A stretch of 64,000 nt of DNA from Penicillus capitatus. Lineage: Eukaryota > Plantae > Chlorophyta. The notes under the pieces are model-generated. The model was not told where the DNA came from, did no database searches, and saw only the letters and a program-made list of their open reading frames with translations. How positions within the stretch are numbered: the stretch's first letter is position 1; each line of letters opens with the position of its first letter. Positions 58,956-64,000 of this stretch are shown one piece after another. The stretch lies in assembly GCA_965649825.1 (NCBI GenBank), contig OZ287695.1:1097081-1161080 (forward strand), written 5' to 3'. A program made the translations under genes and the position numbers.

Positions 58956-59481
58956 TTCGCTGTCTTCTCTGGTCAACTCCGTCCCACTTGACCAACGCAC
59001 CTGTCACATCAACGTCAGCTGAAAACGGGACGGAACTGACATGTCGACTCCACGACTTCTGCCTAACGCTGTCGCTGATACCCGATTCGATGCACCTGTC
59101 TTTCTAAAAGCACGAATCCAACGCTATATATACTCAATCATTGCGAACAACAATATCCACGCAGCGCAGTAGAGACAGAGCTCATCCATTTTCCACTTCG
59201 GTCTTTGGGTGACCTCGTGCGCTGTCGAATTCGCACCAGACGACGTTGCTGAGTCCCTGTCTCTAGGCCGTTTCATCTCAGCAGCGCATACGAGAGAGGC
59301 CGTGTAGCAGCTGCCATAAGTGCCGCAGAGATTCTTAACTGTCTGCCACCACCATTGAGACGCTACAGGACAGAGACGTGCCAAACGGCATTGGAATGTC
59401 CGTGCGGACATTAATGCCGCAAGGTGTGTCCAGCAACGATATCTCTTGCTGAGTTTTGCATCGCGGGTAGTGCCAGGAAGG

Positions 59482-62400
59482 ATGGAATGGGTGAATACCG
59501 GTCATCACTATGTGTTCGAGAATATGAATAAAGTCTATGAGTTTGTTCGGCGTTATATCGTAAACTATGGCGCCGAGGCGATCAATCATTTGAAGAAAGG
59601 CATCATGAACGCGGTTTTACGCAAAGATATCTTCGAAGTGCAATCCAAAATGAAAACCCTCTTGACGACAGGTTGACCGATACACGTGCACGATCGCGCA
59701 TCGTGAGATGTGGTGTTTTTGTTGTTTCAGGATTTCCACCGATGACACAATCATCTCTATCTTTCTATGACGATTTTCGCATTTTGTCCGGCATTCCTGT
59801 CTTCGTACTCCATCCATTCGACTTTGTACAAAACAGTGAGAGCATTGATATGATCAGTCCAAGCAGCAGCTCTCCTGACGGCTCTCCTGCACGACTCGAG
59901 GCACAGGGTTTTGAAGAACGGCCAACGGCTCTCAAATGCAGTGTGTTTTCGAGAGACTCGCAGCTTTTTGTCACTGGGCATCAAGATGGGTCCGTTCGTG
60001 TCTGGGATGCGTCTCATGGAAAACTGAAGAGAACATTGGTGGGTCCACATCGAGGCGCCATCGCAGATTTGGCCTTCTACAAACACACAAGATTCCTCCA
60101 CGTGTGCGATTTCACCGGCGTCCTCTCTATCTGGGACGTCGAAGATGCAACCAACGAACCGGTTGTTGTGAATTGCTGTGCGAATTGGGAGCAGACACGG
60201 ATGCCATCCGTCGAAGGTCACTGGCCAAAACTGTCTCAAAACGGCTGCTTGCTGGTGTGTCCAGTCCAAGTCGTCGTGGAGCAGCAAGCTGGTCAACCAC
60301 GCGGCATCGTACCTCCGAACCACAATAAAAGGCTTTCCTCCATCGCATCCTACAAAAGAACCAACGACTTGGTCACGCGTTCCCCCAGCCACGTGGCGCG
60401 TCCCACCAGTTCATTCGCGCATTTCTGCATTTTGCACATCTTTGACACAAGAGAGGATGGCATTACCAGGACTGCTGCATTTGGCGACGACGAAGGCAAA
60501 ATGTACTGTTGGGGCAGAACGATCGAACTGTTGTCCAAGGCCAAACTCTATATTCCGTTGCTTGCCGATTCACACGACTATGCTCTCTCATCCACAGAGA
60601 TCTCCATGGATTGCAAGGGATTGTTAATTGGTGTCAGCAGTCGGCCAAACGGCCATCTGATTGTGTGGCCAGATTACGAAGAGAAGCCGCTGTTCAGCTA
60701 TCGACTGGAAGGAATGGTCGGTCGTTGGTCACCGGATAATGCCTTTATTGCTTCTTGGGATGCCCCGCTGAAGCATGCACTCAAAACGGATGTCGGGCTC
60801 TGTTACATCTGGAGTGTCAGTTCTCTTGGCCATTCGGCTGAGCGCTGTCTGCAGAACGGAGATGACGAGCATCCACGCTTTTACAGCGAGCCGTTTACGA
60901 TGATTGCCTGTCCGTCCGGAAATTCCATCTACTGGTGTGACTTTGTCTCGTTGAGTCGAGAAACGGCAGAGAAGCCGCAGCTCATGGGAGTCGCGACATG
61001 CTCTATTGGAGAATCCGTGCAACTGGTGCTGTGGGATTTCCTGACGAATATCCCTGTCCAGACCTTCGTCCCTGGCATCAGCCGCAGAGATGTCATTTTG
61101 CACACCCATCAAGCGTGGGCAGATCGATGGGTCCTCGTACGACCATCGTGGGGATTGGATTTCATTTCGGTGTCGGGAGATCGGACTCGAATTGGATTCC
61201 TCTCCGTCGCCGCCAACAAGGGCATCATCTACGACACCGAGAAACGCATTGAACGACTCTGGATGTCACTGACAGACAAGAGCGGAAACCGTGATGAGGC
61301 GCTATTGGAAAACATGGATCTCATCATCTCTCCCTACGGTGATCGTTTTGCAACAATGTGCGAAGATACCATCATGATCTGGCTCCCTCAGATGATGCAG
61401 TGTCAAGGGGACAGAGGTGCGAGTTGGGTCCGCCTGGAGAGTTCGGACAACGAGTTAGGAGATGGAAAGCTGAGATGCAAGTTCTCAAGAGATGGTCAAT
61501 GTGTTGGTCTCATGCGCTTGTACAGCACCGTCATGGATGTCTGGCATCTCAGTAATGGGCAGAAGATCACCCTGCAGCAGACATTCGGAGCAGATGGTAC
61601 GGTTAACAGTCCATACCACAGTTACGAACGGGATCCAGCAACAGAAGGGCTGCAAGGGACGCCACTCTCTGTGCTCTCTCCGACAATGGGTGTGGCTGCT
61701 GCACAGAAAAAATGGTTCTGTCAGTTCTGCATCTCCAAGTATGGCGATCTGGTAGCCACGTGCATGGGAGACATGTCTGTGCTCCTCTGGGACCTGAGAA
61801 CAGATCCGCCTACATTCCTGCAAATCGCCACCCTCGATTCTCGTTACTGTGCTGCATGGGCTGTATGCTTCACGGAAGGACCTACTGGAGAAGCAGATAA
61901 CGTGGTCGTGTGTGAAGACACTGGATGCCTGGTCTGGATTGCCCTTCATCCTTACCCTCGGTTTGTCGCTCGCAAAGACGCCGACGGAAAGAAACGGTGC
62001 TCTTTTTCGGCAGACGGCACCAGAGCCGTTCTGATGCCCGATGACATCCAAGTCCGTGTTTGGGATCTCATTGATCGTAAGCCGCTCTTTTCTTGCACGT
62101 ATCGCGTGTGGCTGGGGAAGGCGGGTCGCATTCCCTTCTCGCATAACATCAGCATGGATGGCAAGAAAGCCTTGATTGGACTGGATACCACTGGCAAGAC
62201 CGTCTTGTGTCATCCGGACACGACTTATGCCTCTATCCAAGACACACCAGACACAGCAAATCTCTGTCTCGTCCCTCGGTACGTCACTGTGAACGAGGAT
62301 CTGTCATGGTTTATCACAGACGAGTTTCATGAATTTGATTTCAATGCACCGAGGCAACACTTCAGGAAGCGAAAGAGCAAGAAGACGGGTGGCAGCCATG

Positions 62401-64000
62401 GCGGTTCCATTATCTCATCAAGCTCAGCGAAAGGTGCTTCCAGCAGTCTGTCGAGACGGCGAAACGGATCCGGCCGCGTGCGCTTCTCGGCTGATGGAGA
62501 TCTGAATCTCATGGATGCTGCGCCGTCGGACGGCCATGAAAATCGAGAAAATGAACAACAGAAATATCCGAACATTCGTGAGCGTCTGTCGGATGAGTCC
62601 CTCTGGGAATACCTTCGTGAATACGATGCAACACAGCAAGAAGTGATGGACGATTCTGCAAGTGGAAAACTTGTTGTCATGGATGTTCACGGGGAGAAAT
62701 CGACAAAGCAAATCTTCCTACCAAATCTCAATCCTCAGAAATTCATTGTCATCTCGGATGATGGTACCAAGATTGCATGCATGGATCAGGGCAATAAACT
62801 GAATGTCTGGAGTGCGCATGCCTCCCACGGTTGCATTCCCACATCGCAGACCCTGTTGGCAAAGAGAACAGTGGACATGTCTTCCATCGAAAGAGAATTG
62901 GATTTATACGGCCCCGGAATTGTGAACTATCAAGATCACAGAGGCGTGACGTTGTTGCTGGATGCTGTCTACAAGAAAGACGTTGCTTTGCTAAAGTGCC
63001 TGCTTTCGTGGACCAAACGTCAGGGATTGAAGATCTCGCTCAGAGATGAAATTACGGTGCAGAATGATGGCACTCAGAATCTGAACGCTCTTAACCTGGC
63101 ATTGAGTTTCCGCTCCCCCGAAGTCACCTTGGTACACAGAGCCGACCGTGCTCACCGATGCCTGTGCTGAGAATCTGTGTGTGTCTGTAGAATATCATGA
63201 AGTATCTGTTAGAAGGTGTGTGTACGGAGCTGGAGACCTCTATCATATTGAAGGATTCGCTTGTAAAGCTCTCAGCTGTCTATCCCTCCATGCTGCTTAG
63301 GATTCTAGAAAACAAGCGAATCATGATGCGCCTGCACGAGTTTAACGTTCCGGAATGGGCATTTGCAAAATCTGAGTACAAAGTGGATGCCACCAACCAA
63401 CTCATTCCCACACCCGTGAGACTCGAAGAGATGTGGATCCAGAGGAAGCTCACAAAACAGGAACCAATCTTCAAAAAACCGGCACTGAAGCGAACCTCAG
63501 CCTATTCCTGTGTCATGCCCTATCCAGACATTGCCCAGATTGGAATGCGAGGGATTCTGAGGCCTCTGCTGTTCAATAAGGTTCCGCATCATGTCTTTGC
63601 CACGTGGCCCATCCGATGCGTTATCAAATTCAAATGGAGTCTGTATGGGAAGAGATTGATTATTGAGGATTGTGTGCATTACGTGGCTTTGCTTTTCTTT
63701 TTCACGCTTTATGTGTTGCTTATCGGTTTTTTGGTAAATCATCCCGATGATAATCAGTCACCTCACGAAAAGAATTTCTATGAAGATGGGACAGCTGCTG
63801 TTCTCACTGTCTCCGTTCTTCTTTCCGTTGGGATGCTCCTGCGCAAATTCCATCAGTTGCACGTGCTCTGGGAGAGTGGCCGATGGAAGGGCATTTGGTA
63901 CTGGCTGACAGATTACTTTAACATACTCGAAATCGTTTGCTATTTCCTGATTGTCTTTTTGGTACCCATGGCACACGTCATGGCAGACGTAAGAGAGGTG
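59482..64000 (+). CDS. WD40-repeat + ankyrin-like + TRP-like cation channel protein; 3' partial
   Basis: WD40 repeats (VFSRDSQLFVTGHQDGSVRVWD; FSADGTRAVL..VRVWD) and ankyrin-like NYQDHRGVTLLLDAV..LLKCLL. Exon 63191-63990 (not in the ORF track) reads ..VIKFKWSLYG..HYVALLFFFTLYVLL..WLTDYFNILEIVCYFLIV, typical of the TRP pre-S1/S1-S3 region. Confidence 0.85.

Overview
Eukaryotic nuclear DNA, gene-dense, with many short (mostly 40-60 nt) GT-AG introns and a few GC-AG introns. The genetic code looks standard: TAA, TAG and TGA all end conserved genes. Gene content points to a green alga (plant-type two-domain GCH1, HISN5, TyrP-like permease, LIMR, ECHIDNA/TVP23). An ulvophyte/Bryopsidales-like origin is my inference from the domain architectures, not something demonstrated. 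The ORF track ignores splicing, so I rebuilt gene models by hand. About 22 protein-coding loci are present: a trypsin-ankyrin fusion, RPN6, LIMR, two tandem FAD monooxygenases, a duplicated [beta-propeller glycosidase-like + large multi-TM protein] pair, SRP9, mtACP, GCH1, HISN5, TVP23, a J-domain protein, a stand-alone integrase H2C2 ORF, a SAP+RRM protein, GCP3, ORC2, APC2, a TyrP-like permease and a WD40-ankyrin-TRP-like channel that runs off the end. The most striking feature is at 1059-2516. There, one ankyrin repeat is encoded per phase-0 exon, nine 51-nt introns are identical, and exon variation is confined to codons 8-28 in a mosaic pattern. It is fused to a serine protease and looks like a modular, possibly diversity-generating recognition module. 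Two unannotated, strand-asymmetric structured-RNA candidates (3582-3790 +, 15271-15483 -) also deserve a check. No rRNA, tRNA or CRISPR array could be supported.
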